From Paramoeba atlantica (lineage: Eukaryota > Protista > Discosea): 64,000 nucleotides of DNA. The stretch covers positions 62,001-126,000 of the forward strand of contig CDRNVI010000043.1 of the NCBI GenBank assembly GCA_977017575.1, read 5' to 3'. Below, piece after piece: positions 9,515 through 19,645 of the stretch; the stretch's first letter is position 1, and each line of letters starts with the position of its first letter. The position numbers and the translations under genes were made by a program. Below the pieces are notes generated by a model. The model made no database searches, was not told where the DNA came from, and was given only the letters and a program-made list of their open reading frames with translations.

Positions 9515-12261
9515 CTCACAGGAGTCTGCCCCCGTGCAAAAAGTCAGTCGAACATGATACTTTCAAAAAGGGAATACAGAACGAAAAATTTGATGGAACT
9601 AAAAATTACAAAACAAAATTCAAAATCAGTAAATCTGCCCCAAACAAAGAGTGTGACAAGTCAGAACAAGATAAACTGCCAACAAAAGAAGAATTCCGAC
9701 ATCAGGGAGGAAGATTATGTAATGAATTTCTTAGGAATAATCTAGCCAATAACCAGAAATTGCCTTCGAAAAATGTGGAGTGTCAACACATGGAAAACAA
9801 GAGCCCGCCTTTTAAGACGAATGGAAGAGAAAAGATTTCAGTTTTGCAGCGATGGAGCAATCGAATTTCTCAATCAAATGACAGTAACAAACCAGACAAA
9901 GCTAACATACGGGAAGCACTTGCAAGCCCTTCTGAAAGCCTCCGGACAAAATTTCGAACTTATAAGGATGTATTGCAACACTCTTTTACGCACGGGAGCC
10001 ACTATTCCGACTCATCAAGCGAAACCTGTAAACAAATATCACATAAACGAGTTGAGCCGACTGATGCCCACAGACATGTTCATAGCTGTTCTGTTGGCGT
10101 ACAAGACAGCCTCCCGAATAGGCGATATTTGCAAGTTACAAAGAAAGGATGTAATTCACCTGAACCCTACAAGCATTGTTCTACATATGGGAAACAAAAC
10201 AAAAACTACAAAGATGCAACCTTTTCGCCCAGATTGTTTTGTGGTAATCGAAGGTGCGTATACCCATCTGATATACACCCATCTTCGCAAATTGAAACCC
10301 AATCAAAAAATCTCTCAGGCAAGCACTCAAAAGGTAGCGAGTTTTCTCAGAAAGCATCTGGGTCCGGGGTATTCCTCACATTCGATGAAGCACGGAGCCG
10401 TGCACTCCCTGATGAAACAAGTGGCACTGAAGAAACTAACATTGGAAGAAGTAATGAACCTCGCAAACCACAAGAACGTAACCACTCTACTCCGATACTC
10501 CGGAAGATCGGAAACGACGGCACGCGCCTTAGGAACACAATGGGTGACACGTTTCCTTTAAACAGCAAGAAGAACTTAATGTCGTATTTGGATACACAGC
10601 AGAAAGACGTTGCGCCTAGGAAAAAAGTTATCTGGACACGCACAATTCGGAAATCTAGTATGGCTACTCCAGAACAATTCAACATCCCGTTACACGCCCC
10701 CAAAGTGCAACCAATTGACCTTTCAACGGCAATACAACATATGAAGCCTGAAGTGGGAACAAGGTTTACAGACGTATGGAAAAACATAACGATGCCACAT
10801 TTCCCTATTTTGAATAATATTGGAATTCTACCTCGCTCCAACGGATCCTTATCGCATACAGATATTAAGCAGCTATCTGAAAATGGCATCATCGAGCGTG
10901 TCAGTTATGAAGAGTTACGAAGCAATCCTACGAAAGGCAAGGTATTACCATCTACCGTGGTCGAAGAGAGGAACGGAGTAAAAAGACGCCGTTTTATATG
11001 TTGGCCCAAGCATCAAAACGCTATTTTGCAAAATACTTACGTAGCCCACGTTCCAATAGATCAACCGGGATCATACGCTGAAAGTGTTCGTTAACCATGT
11101 GCAGTAAAGAGAGATTTAAAATCAAGTTTTTATCAGGTTGCGTTACCACAACATTCTAAGTGTTTCTATCGTTTTCGGTATGGAGACGCTACATATCAAC
11201 TAACTCGCATGCCGATGGGCCATTGTTGCGCCCCTGAAATACAGCAAATTTTAACAGGAGTGGTAGCAGGTGATCCGAAATATACGAAAGACTCTATCAT
11301 GACAGAAAGTTCACTGAAGAATGGCAATATAGATATCTATATCGACGGAATACGTTACACTGGAGCTCAACATCAATGCAAATTATATGAAAATTGGTTG
11401 GAAACTCGGGCAAAAAAATTAAACGCTACCTTCAAGGAAGAAGAGTCATATTGTGGCCCAAAGTATGACTTTTTGGGTGTAAGCTATGATCATGATACTC
11501 AGTGCTTCAGACTCGCTGAACTGTTCGTGAACAAAATTCCACATGACATTCCTGATGTAATGCCGATGCACCAATTGGAATCTCTATGTGCACGCCTATT
11601 GTACGCATCTGGAATTCTACAAGTCTTGATACCCAAGTATTATTGGACAATAAAATTTGTCCGCCGACAAGTTAGCAAGCTGAACAAGGGCAAAATTCGA
11701 GATACGGATCACATTAACATGCCCCCAACTGTTTGCCATCTTCTTAAGAAATGGATACAAGAAATTCGGTTGAACAAATGGCAACATCAGCCTAGGAGAA
11801 TTGATATACCTGAGGCAGTGCTGTTCACTGATGCATCGCTAGACGGATGGGGTGCTGTTCTCATTTGTCCGGATGGAGCCGTTTATGGTGGTGGTGCACC
11901 TTGGGAATCGGATATGGAAATCAATTATGCAGAGGCTACAGCCACTGAAAAGGCTTTGATTACTTTTAAAGATCATTGGGCACGTTGGAAAAACATTCGA
12001 TTATGTGTGGACAATACGAGTGTCAAATACGCGATTGCAAAGCAGTGGTCGGATTCATATAATATATCCACAGTTCTTATTCGAATTTTAAATTTCATCA
12101 ACATCCGAGGAATAAAAATAGCGGCACACTATGTTGAAACGAATGCGAACTTAGCTGACCCTTGGAGCAGGAACCGCTACGGAACTTGGCGAAAGGACGG
12201 TATGGTTATTGTGTCCAAGGGAGACTGGCGACGGGGAGGGTGCAGACTTCCCAGTCGTTAG
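9511..12261 (+). pseudogene. RT/RNase H of YR1 with one in-frame TAA at 11092-11094
   Basis: ORFs 9511-11094 and 11209-12261 are in the same frame. Motifs RRRFICWP, VKRDLKSSFYQ, MPMGHCCAP, YIDG, FTDASLDGWGAV, VDNTS, NLADPWSR. Confidence 0.88.
9773..10561 (+). CDS. Tyrosine recombinase of YR1 (frame begins at 9554, TAG at 9743-9745)
   Basis: Catalytic-type motifs TASRIGD, SHSMKHGA, HKN..LLRY. Homologous to 15373-16557. Confidence 0.85.
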   Translation: MWSVNTWKTRARLLRRMEEKRFQFCSDGAIEFLNQMTVTNQTKLTYGKHLQALLKASGQNFELIRMYCNTLLRTGATIPTHQAKPVNKYHINELSRLMPTDMFIAVLLAYKTASRIGDICKLQRKDVIHLNPTSIVLHMGNKTKTTKMQPFRPDCFVVIEGAYTHLIYTHLRKLKPNQKISQASTQKVASFLRKHLGPGYSSHSMKHGAVHSLMKQVALKKLTLEEVMNLANHKNVTTLLRYSGRSETTARALGTQWVTRFL

Positions 12262-13337
12262 TTCATGGTGTTTTTAGTTTAGACAGCGCGCATCATACTC
12301 GATGATTATGCAGATATTTTGAAATCTATTGTAATAGCAACAAAGATCACTATCAGATTACAACCAAACATTAAATGATTGAGATACAGTTTATTTCAAT
12401 ACAGTTTACTACCTTTTTCCTATGGCGAAAAAATTACAGGTTTGATCGAATCAGGACAATTCGAAACGCCTGCGTAGCGAAAACTACGAAATTCAGATGA
12501 AAAGCTGCCTCCAGTGACTTTACATTCTTTGCTTAATAAAATTCACAAGCTTAAGAACACACTTTTTATAAAGAACACCTACCAAGAATATAAAGAATGA
12601 ATAATGAGTAAACTATTAAAACAAGCAAAATTCACTCCAAACAAACAAAATTCACTCCTTGGTTCCTCCTATTGTAAAGCATATTGAGAAAAGTACAGAC
12701 ATTAACAGCAGCAATACTCTCCGTGAGCTCTTTATCTGAAATAAGTTAATATCAACTTAGATCATGAGATGATATCAACGTAGATGACGGGGAATTTTAT
12801 CAAATCGAATAGAGGTTGTAAGTGAAAGGAAATTCTGATTAGTGTTCAAGTCCTCCGAGCCACTGAATTGGTGGAAAGTATTGTCGGAGTTGCGTGGCAA
12901 TTGTGTACGCGTTCATCTTCTCTATTTCAAGTTGGAACGCTTCTTTGACATCCTTCACGTTTTGTTGTGACCGTTGTGCGAGCGAGACAATGAGAGTTTT
13001 CGTGTTGTTGTGCAACTAATAGTTCACGTTTTGAAATTTAGCCGAGGGGCGGCTATATATTTGCCTGCTGGCCCTTCGGGGCACATAATTTTCTCAAATT
13101 ATGATGTAGTATTCTCTAATTGCATGGAGGGGGGTGTTTACTCGTTTGTTATATTCTTGTTAGGTTGTTATTTTGTTACGTTTAAAGTTTTGTGTATGAG
13201 ATCCCAACGTTTACGGGCTCCGTCGGAGCCACGCCAGGAGCGCGATAGATCACCGAAGCGGAATAGGGCGCCGACACCCATTCAGACCTCCTCCGTCCAA
13301 GACCATTCTAAGCGTCAGTCCCTTTCGTGCCCTCCCG

Positions 13338-13376
13338 AATCTTTAACGATAAAGATACAGTTTCTGTACCTTGTTG
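13338..13376 (+). other. Complete 39-nt spliced leader joined at the YR2 trans-splice acceptor
   Basis: The SL is followed by gttgttattttgttacg, which in A1 follows ttcttgttAG (13172-13173). Confidence 0.9.
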
Positions 13377-13459
13377 GTTGTTATTTTGTTACGTTTAAAG
13401 TTTTGTGTATGAGATCCCAACGTTTACGGGCTCCGTCGGAGCCACGCCAGGAGCGCGAT

Positions 13460-14005
13460 GATGATGATGATGATGTATTGGGCCTTTTGACTCCGAAAAG
13501 TTATGGCCCCTCAACTCCCCAAACGGGCAGTCCGAATACGTCTTGCGACGTATCCGGAGAGCCAGCCATAGCAAGCTACGGCTGACCTCCGCTTGGAGAG
13601 GAGTTAGGTTACAGCTAGGGAGGTGGGGTGCGCTATACCCCTGCACCTTAGGTAATGCAAATAAGGCGCCCCTTGACCAAAAAAACCACTCTATCTTTTG
13701 AGGGTGGATAAAAAAAAACACACAAACACATTCCAAAGATTAGCCCGAATGGCACCCACCCTAGTTACTTAGTACCTTGTTATATTCGGTACTGGGCGGT
13801 GCCACCCATTCTACGTTGCCAGAATGACATCCACCCTAATTATTTAGTGCCTCGTTTTACTGGCACCGGGTAGTGTCATCCATATTGTCTTCGTTGTGCT
13901 CACCCTAGTTCTTTAGCGTCTTGTTATGCGACGCCGGGTGAGTTAGCTCGGGAAGTTGGGATCGCTAAGTCCCATCATCCGACATAAGCCGGATGCCCTG
14001 ACGTA
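13460..14005 (-). mobile_element. SINE-like non-coding retroposon with (CAT)n tail
   Basis: 11-bp TSD aggagcgcgat (13449-13459, 14006-14016). Reverse complement of ~18037-18574. Confidence 0.85.
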
Positions 14006-14106
14006 AGGAGCGCGATAGATCACCGAAGCGGAATAGGGCGCCGACACCCATTCAGACCTCCTCCGTCCAAGACCATTCTAAGCGTCAGTCCCTTTCGTGC
14101 CCTCCC

Positions 14107-15369
14107 GTGCGCCCCCCTCTCCCCCCTCTCCCCACGCAGCCGGCTCCGCAGGTATCCGCGCGACCTCCTCCGATTCCCCCTACTCCTGTCCCAGCGCGCC
14201 GAAAGGTACGCCCTTCAGGAAGAGCACTCAGCCCCGCCCGCGAACCGCCTAGCCCTCTCCCTTCCAACCTTCCCAGTTTGCCTGCGAGCTCCCTCCCTAG
14301 CCCGTACCCTTTTCCGCTGGATGCTCCCGAGTCCCATATGCGACGAAGAGGAACCCTTAACCCCGACCAGGTTGAGGCTTCTCGCTCGCCGCGCCGTTAC
14401 GAGGCCCTTGACATTGACCACGTCGAGTTGCCTCAGCGTTCACGCTGTGATGCGCGTGGGATCATGACACAATCCAGCAAAGAAGAGTTCATCACGAAAG
14501 TGATTGAGCTTCTGCGCAAGGACTACGAGGTCACCGTCGAGGCTGTATGGTCCCTTCCCCGTGACGGCCTACGGCAGACGGTTATAGGGTTGGTGCATAT
14601 GACGCATCCTAAGGACCCTAACTCAACTGAGTTGTTCGCCGAGTGGGATGGGGACAAGAACACTGCCTATCGTTTTCCCCATCCCGAGATCAACTACCAC
14701 TCTTTGGAACTGGCCCATGTTCGGGCGCAGATGCCGGGTGGGAAACCAGTTGAAGATCTGATCCCCACGTTTGAACGCGTCCGTATTACGGACCCGAAAG
14801 GCTTCTCCCCCTACGATCCGGTTACTTGGCAACCGTGGATCGACACGGATGATTTGTTCAAGCCACGTGAACTCATCCGTGAGCTGCGCGAAGCTCCGCA
14901 GCTTGGGGTACGCTTCAACCCTCCGCCGCAGCGTGAGCGCCTGTTCAAGATGTTAACTGAATGGGTGTACGCTGCGTGCAATACGGAGGGATGGCTAGAG
15001 AAGCACAACCTCGCCGTAGCCCTTCTCATCATCGAAGAGCTTCGCAACCATTATTGGGCTGCGGCGGGCGTTGCTGTCGAGCGTGTGCAACAGCGGTTGC
15101 ACCGTGACGACGACCCTCAGGACCGCTACGGTCAGCTTGTGGTTGACGAGCAACTGAGGGGCCGGACTGCGCAGCGTGCTCCTCGTCGACGCAGCCAAGG
15201 ACCTTTCTGTTTTGGCTGTCATCAGCCAGGCCACCTCCGATCGAACTGCCCCCAAGCGTCCCAACAGCAGGGGGGGCAGTTCCGTACCACACGCACCCCG
15301 CAACAGGATTTTCGCGGCGGGGTGGTGGGCGGCGCCAACCGTTACGGCGCAACACGGGCTTTCCACTAG
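14107..15369 (+). CDS. Gag of YR2 (true ATG 13409, interrupted by a SINE-like insert), CCHC zinc knuckle
   Basis: CFGCHQPGHLRSNC. Removing 13460-14005 restores MRSQRLRAPSEPRQERDRSPKR...CPPVRPP in frame. Confidence 0.85.
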   Translation: MRPPLPPLPTQPAPQVSARPPPIPPTPVPARRKVRPSGRALSPAREPPSPLPSNLPSLPASSLPSPYPFPLDAPESHMRRRGTLNPDQVEASRSPRRYEALDIDHVELPQRSRCDARGIMTQSSKEEFITKVIELLRKDYEVTVEAVWSLPRDGLRQTVIGLVHMTHPKDPNSTELFAEWDGDKNTAYRFPHPEINYHSLELAHVRAQMPGGKPVEDLIPTFERVRITDPKGFSPYDPVTWQPWIDTDDLFKPRELIRELREAPQLGVRFNPPPQRERLFKMLTEWVYAACNTEGWLEKHNLAVALLIIEELRNHYWAAAGVAVERVQQRLHRDDDPQDRYGQLVVDEQLRGRTAQRAPRRRSQGPFCFGCHQPGHLRSNCPQASQQQGGQFRTTRTPQQDFRGGVVGGANRYGATRAFH

Positions 15370-15372
15370 GAA

Positions 15373-16557
15373 ATGCCCCCCACCCCAATTACTGCTCGTG
15401 CCCGTCGTCCCAGGCGACGACGGGTGGATATTCTTACCCCGGTTTCCTCCCCGTCTCTCCGCCAGCGCGAAAGACGGCCACGCGTGCGTGGCACTACTCC
15501 TCCTCCCCGCCCTCTCTCCCCGTTACGTCTAAGGCGCAGAAGCGTCTCCCTCCCAATCCGTCCTCTACCCCGGCTTCCCGTTCCCGTTTACACCGCCGCC
15601 AAGACCGCCGCCGCCAAAACCGCTGCCGTCGTAACCGCCGACGCCGCGCAGCCTCCAGGAGGACGCCGCCAGGAGCTGCTGAGGGCGATTCTTCGAATGC
15701 CCCCCGAGGACCCGCGCGCCACTCAATTGGGCGAGGCGCTCCAGCCCATGTGGGCAACGGCCACGTGGGCCACAAGGGAGCGACTGTGGTTCCGCCTGCG
15801 CGAGTATTGCCAGGCGAAGGGAATCACCGCGAATCCTGCAAACGCGGTGCTCTTCCTGGAGACTCTGCCTCTCGCTACCTCGACGCGCATGGGGTACGCA
15901 GGGGCATTGAGGACTCTGTTCGAGCTCATGGGAATCGAAGGTACCCCATTGAGTCTCTACGTAAAGGCCCTGCAAGCGCAGGGGGGGCTAGAACCCACGC
16001 GGCAGATGCTACCAATCACGCCACTTCTTCTAAAGAAGCTGAGACGTCATCTCGACGTAAAGGAGAGCATGTGTTGCCTCCTGTGTTGGAAAGCCGCTGC
16101 GAGATGGACCGAGACCGCCGACCTGAGGCGGGAGCAGTTCGTGAGTGTGGCCAGTCACGAGGTAATCATTTATTGGGGCAGGGGGACCAAGACAACCCGT
16201 CTGAATCCTTACCGGCCGTACCTCTACGCGATAGTGACTGGACCGGGGACACCCGAACTGGCTCAGTTTGTGGGAAGTTTGAGACCAGGCCAGCGCCTGT
16301 GTTACACGACGGTCCGGGAGATGGACCACAGGATGAATCAACTTCTCGGTCCGGGGTATGGAACACATTCCATAAAAAGAGGTGCAATTACTTACCTATT
16401 CCACGAGATCTCCCTCGGGAATCTCAGGATGGAGGACGTCCAGAACCTCACGAAACACCTCAACGTCGAATCACTGTTGCGCTACAACGCAAGCAGTATT
16501 ACAACGGCAAGGGCTCTCGGGACGCAGAGAGTCTCAGCACGTCTCCCAGTGCTGTAA
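15373..16557 (+). CDS. Tyrosine recombinase of YR2
   Basis: AARWTETADL, THSIKRGA, HLNVESLLRY motifs. 394 aa, uninterrupted. Confidence 0.9.
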   Translation: MPPTPITARARRPRRRRVDILTPVSSPSLRQRERRPRVRGTTPPPRPLSPLRLRRRSVSLPIRPLPRLPVPVYTAAKTAAAKTAAVVTADAAQPPGGRRQELLRAILRMPPEDPRATQLGEALQPMWATATWATRERLWFRLREYCQAKGITANPANAVLFLETLPLATSTRMGYAGALRTLFELMGIEGTPLSLYVKALQAQGGLEPTRQMLPITPLLLKKLRRHLDVKESMCCLLCWKAAARWTETADLRREQFVSVASHEVIIYWGRGTKTTRLNPYRPYLYAIVTGPGTPELAQFVGSLRPGQRLCYTTVREMDHRMNQLLGPGYGTHSIKRGAITYLFHEISLGNLRMEDVQNLTKHLNVESLLRYNASSITTARALGTQRVSARLPVL

Positions 16558-18948
16558 CCTCGGAGCACGTGGCAAAGTGCTTCGAGGAAGTGCCTTACCT
16601 TCGCAGGCACTCCGTTGTTTGTGCACGCCGCTCTTCACGGCTAGCCAAGGCACACGACGCTCACCTACCTTTGCACGTTAAGAAGTCGATACCTGTTATC
16701 CATTTGGATCAGGTTAAGGAGTGGATGAGTCTGTCAGCTGCCACTCGTTTTCGCAAGGTAGTGGATGAATTATTATGGGTACCTAAAGCCCCGTACCCCG
16801 AACCTAGTGTGAAAGGTTCATTGCCTGAGGCGGACGTCCGATTGTTGGAGGACGCAGGCATAATCTCCAAGGTCCCGGCGCAGGAGTTGAGAAAGCGCCC
16901 ATCGATGCAGTTCATGATTCCCTTCACGGTTGTGGAGACCGATGATGAGGGCAATCAGCGCAGAAGATTTATTTCATGGACAAGGGACGATAACGATAGA
17001 TTAAAATCATATGAACCAAAGGTCCCATTATATCATCCCTCCAAGTATCTTCATAAGGCGCACGAGCCGATGGCTGTGAAGCGGGACTTCACGTGTGGAT
17101 TTTACCAGATTGGTATCCCAAAGAGGGCGCGGCCCAAATTCCGCTTTAGAACGAACAGTGGAGACGTGTTTGAGATGAACGTCCTCCCGATGGGCCATAG
17201 GTGTGCACCGGAGGTTATGCACACGGTTACCGCCGCGATTGCTGGCGAGGCGTCGATTTGTTCTCAGCGCTACTCGTTTCACCGAGGCGCTATCGACGTT
17301 TATGTTGACGGAGTTCGGTTTGCAGGAACCCACTCCGAGGCCACCACGTACGCTCAGTTCATTGACGAGCGTTGCGACAAGGCGAACGGTCTTTTTAAAG
17401 ATCGGGGTCAGCCCCCTGTAGCACAGTACGTGTTCAATGGGGTGGCGTTCGACCATAACGCGCATACGGTCTGCCTGGGACCGCGAGTGATCAGGAAACT
17501 GCGAGCCGACTCTTTCTTCAACATTTCCTTTGTTGACCTAGAGGCGGTGGTGGGGCGCCTCATTTATGGCTCCGCAGTTCTCCGACTCAATATGCCGCGG
17601 TTTTATTTCGCTTTGAAGGTGGCGCAACGGCGTATCAACTTGTTGAACCGTTGCCCGAAGTTATGTGACCGTCCGGTCGCACTCCCTGTCGTCACTCGCT
17701 CCATGCTAGCAGAATGGAGAAACGAGTTGCTGGAGAATGTTCCACGGTCTCCACCTCCCCATCCCGATGTTGTTCCACACAAGCATCGTCTCTACACCGA
17801 TGCCTCGGTGAAAGGATGGGGAGCGATTATGTATTTAGACAGCGGAGAGGTTTTGATTACGGGTGAGGCGTGGCCTGAGTCATCCTCGTATGAGGTGAAA
17901 AAAAAGGAAAGGTCTCCATTCGTCCTTCTTCTGTACAAAATGCAAGTGCTCTTTTTCTTCCGAGGCGGCGGAGGATCACCCGTGTCGCGCTAGGCGTATC
18001 CGATCAGGCCCGGATTTGGCCATTATGTGGCCCAATGTCAGGGCATCCGGCTTATGTCGGATGATGGGACTTAGCGATCCCAACTTCCCGAGCTAACTCA
18101 CCCGGCGTCGCATAACAAGACGCTAAAGAACTAGGGTGAGCACAACGAAGACAATATGGATGACACTGCCCGGTGCCAGTAAAACGAGGCACTAAATAAT
18201 TAGGGTGGATGTCATTCTGGCAACGTAGAATGGGTGGCACCGCCCAGTACCGAATATAACAAGGTACTAAGAAACTAGGGTGGGTGCCATTCGGGCTAAT
18301 CTTTGGAATGTGTTTGTGTTTTTTTTTATCCACCCTCAAAAGATAGAGTGGTTTTTTTGGTCAAGGGGCGCCTTATTTGCATTACCTAAGGTGCAGGGGT
18401 ATAGCGCACCCCACCTCCCTAGCTGTAACCTAACTCCTCTCCAAGCGGAGGTCAGCCGTAGCTTGCTATGGCTGGCTCTCCGGATACGTCGCAAGACGTA
18501 TTCGGACTGCCCGTTTGGGGAGTTGAGGGGCCATAACTTTTCGGAGTCAAAAGGCCCAATACATCATCATCATCATGAGGTGAACCGTGCGGAAGCTGCA
18601 GCAGTCCGCTTAGCCCTCGAGAAGTTTTCCGCGCATTGCCCCCGTGGAACCTGCTTGGATGTTTTTGTTGACAACACCTCCTGTCAGGCTGCACTGAACA
18701 GGAGGATCTCCAAGTCAGAGGGGGTTTCAATGGAATTGCGCGAAGTCCTGCGACTGACAGAGGACAAAGGTATTTGTGTCAAGGCAGCGTACATATCCAC
18801 GGATGAGAACCCGGCGGATGCTGTCAGTCGCGGGAAGGAGATTGAGAGAGAGAAGGTTGAGAAATATAAAGGCAACATCGACAAATACAGAGATAATCAG
18901 CATCATCATATTGGTAAGCTAGACAGTCATATTGAAGGAAAACCCTAG
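15750..18948 (+). pseudogene. RT/RNase H of YR2 interrupted at 17900-18574 by a SINE-like insert
   Basis: RRRFISW, VKRDFTCGFYQ, LPMGHRCAP, YVDG, YTDASVKGWGA. Resumes EVNRAEAAAV..VDNTS..NPADAVSR after 18575. Confidence 0.88.
17900..18574 (+). mobile_element. Longer copy of the (CAT)n-tailed SINE-like retroposon
   Basis: 10-bp TSD atgaggtgaa (17890-17899, 18575-18584). Tail acatcatcatcatc. Confidence 0.85.
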
Positions 18949-18994
18949 GGGACAGGATCACCAAATACAAAAAAAAAAAAAAAAAAAAGACAAG

Positions 18995-19645
18995 AACGAT
19001 AAAGATACAGTTTCTGTACCTTGTTGTTTCTTCCATACACTTTTTCTAGACCATGGGAGGGCACCCCCCTCAAATACACTCCTTTTTGTCGGCATCCCCC
19101 TTCCCCGTCTCGTCCCATCACCCCCCTGCGCCGCATCCCCCCACCCCATCCTACCTCCGCAGTGCGCTTGCCCCCCTGTTGCGTTTCTCTCTCGCGTCCC
19201 CCACCCCCGTGTCAGCAGCCCAAAGTATACAATACTTGCTCACGGGGTGGGGGCAGAGTTCCTGGCAGATGGGCCCGTGCTTCGCCTCCTCTCGCCCCTG
19301 CGTCAGTCGCCCCGTGTCTCTCTCCGTGCTCTTCTCCCTCGGCGTGACGGCGTCTTCGTGTTTCGTGGCCTCCACATCTCCCACCCTCGTACGGCAACTA
19401 AAAGTATTTATTACTGCTAACGGGGTGGGAGCGGAGGTGCAGGGCCATACCGGCCTGGGTGCATGCGGATTGGTGAGTGGGGTAGGGAGTGAGGGAAGGG
19501 AAGTACGAGAGGTCTAAGGGGAGTAGGTGTGGAAAGTATGTGGAGTAAGGGAAAGTGAAGGGCCATAAGTGTGGAAATTGTGGAAATGTTGGACTCCATA
19601 CATAAAAAGTTAGACTCAATACTATTCCCCCCAACAAAAAGACAA
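18995..19645 (+). mobile_element. SL-headed non-coding retroposon with a CRE-like 3' end
   Basis: SL nt 8-39 at 18995-19026. The 3' end (aaagttagactcaatactattcccccc) resembles the CRE 3' end at 668-694. aaaaagacaaga on both sides is a possible TSD in an A-tract. Confidence 0.65.

Larger units (their letters stand above)
8080..12436 (+). mobile_element. Tyrosine-recombinase retrotransposon YR1 (VIPER/TATE-like, gag-YR-RT/RNase H), degenerate
   Basis: Gene order gag, YR, RT/RH. Inserted cleanly without TSD between gtcgcat (8079) and caggtttg (12437) of CRE-A. Confidence 0.88.

Noticed and set aside
13460-18574. 545-bp inverted repeats as DIRS-type ITRs of YR2
   Set aside because: Each copy has its own TSD and (CAT)n tail and interrupts a YR2 ORF, so they are independent insertions.
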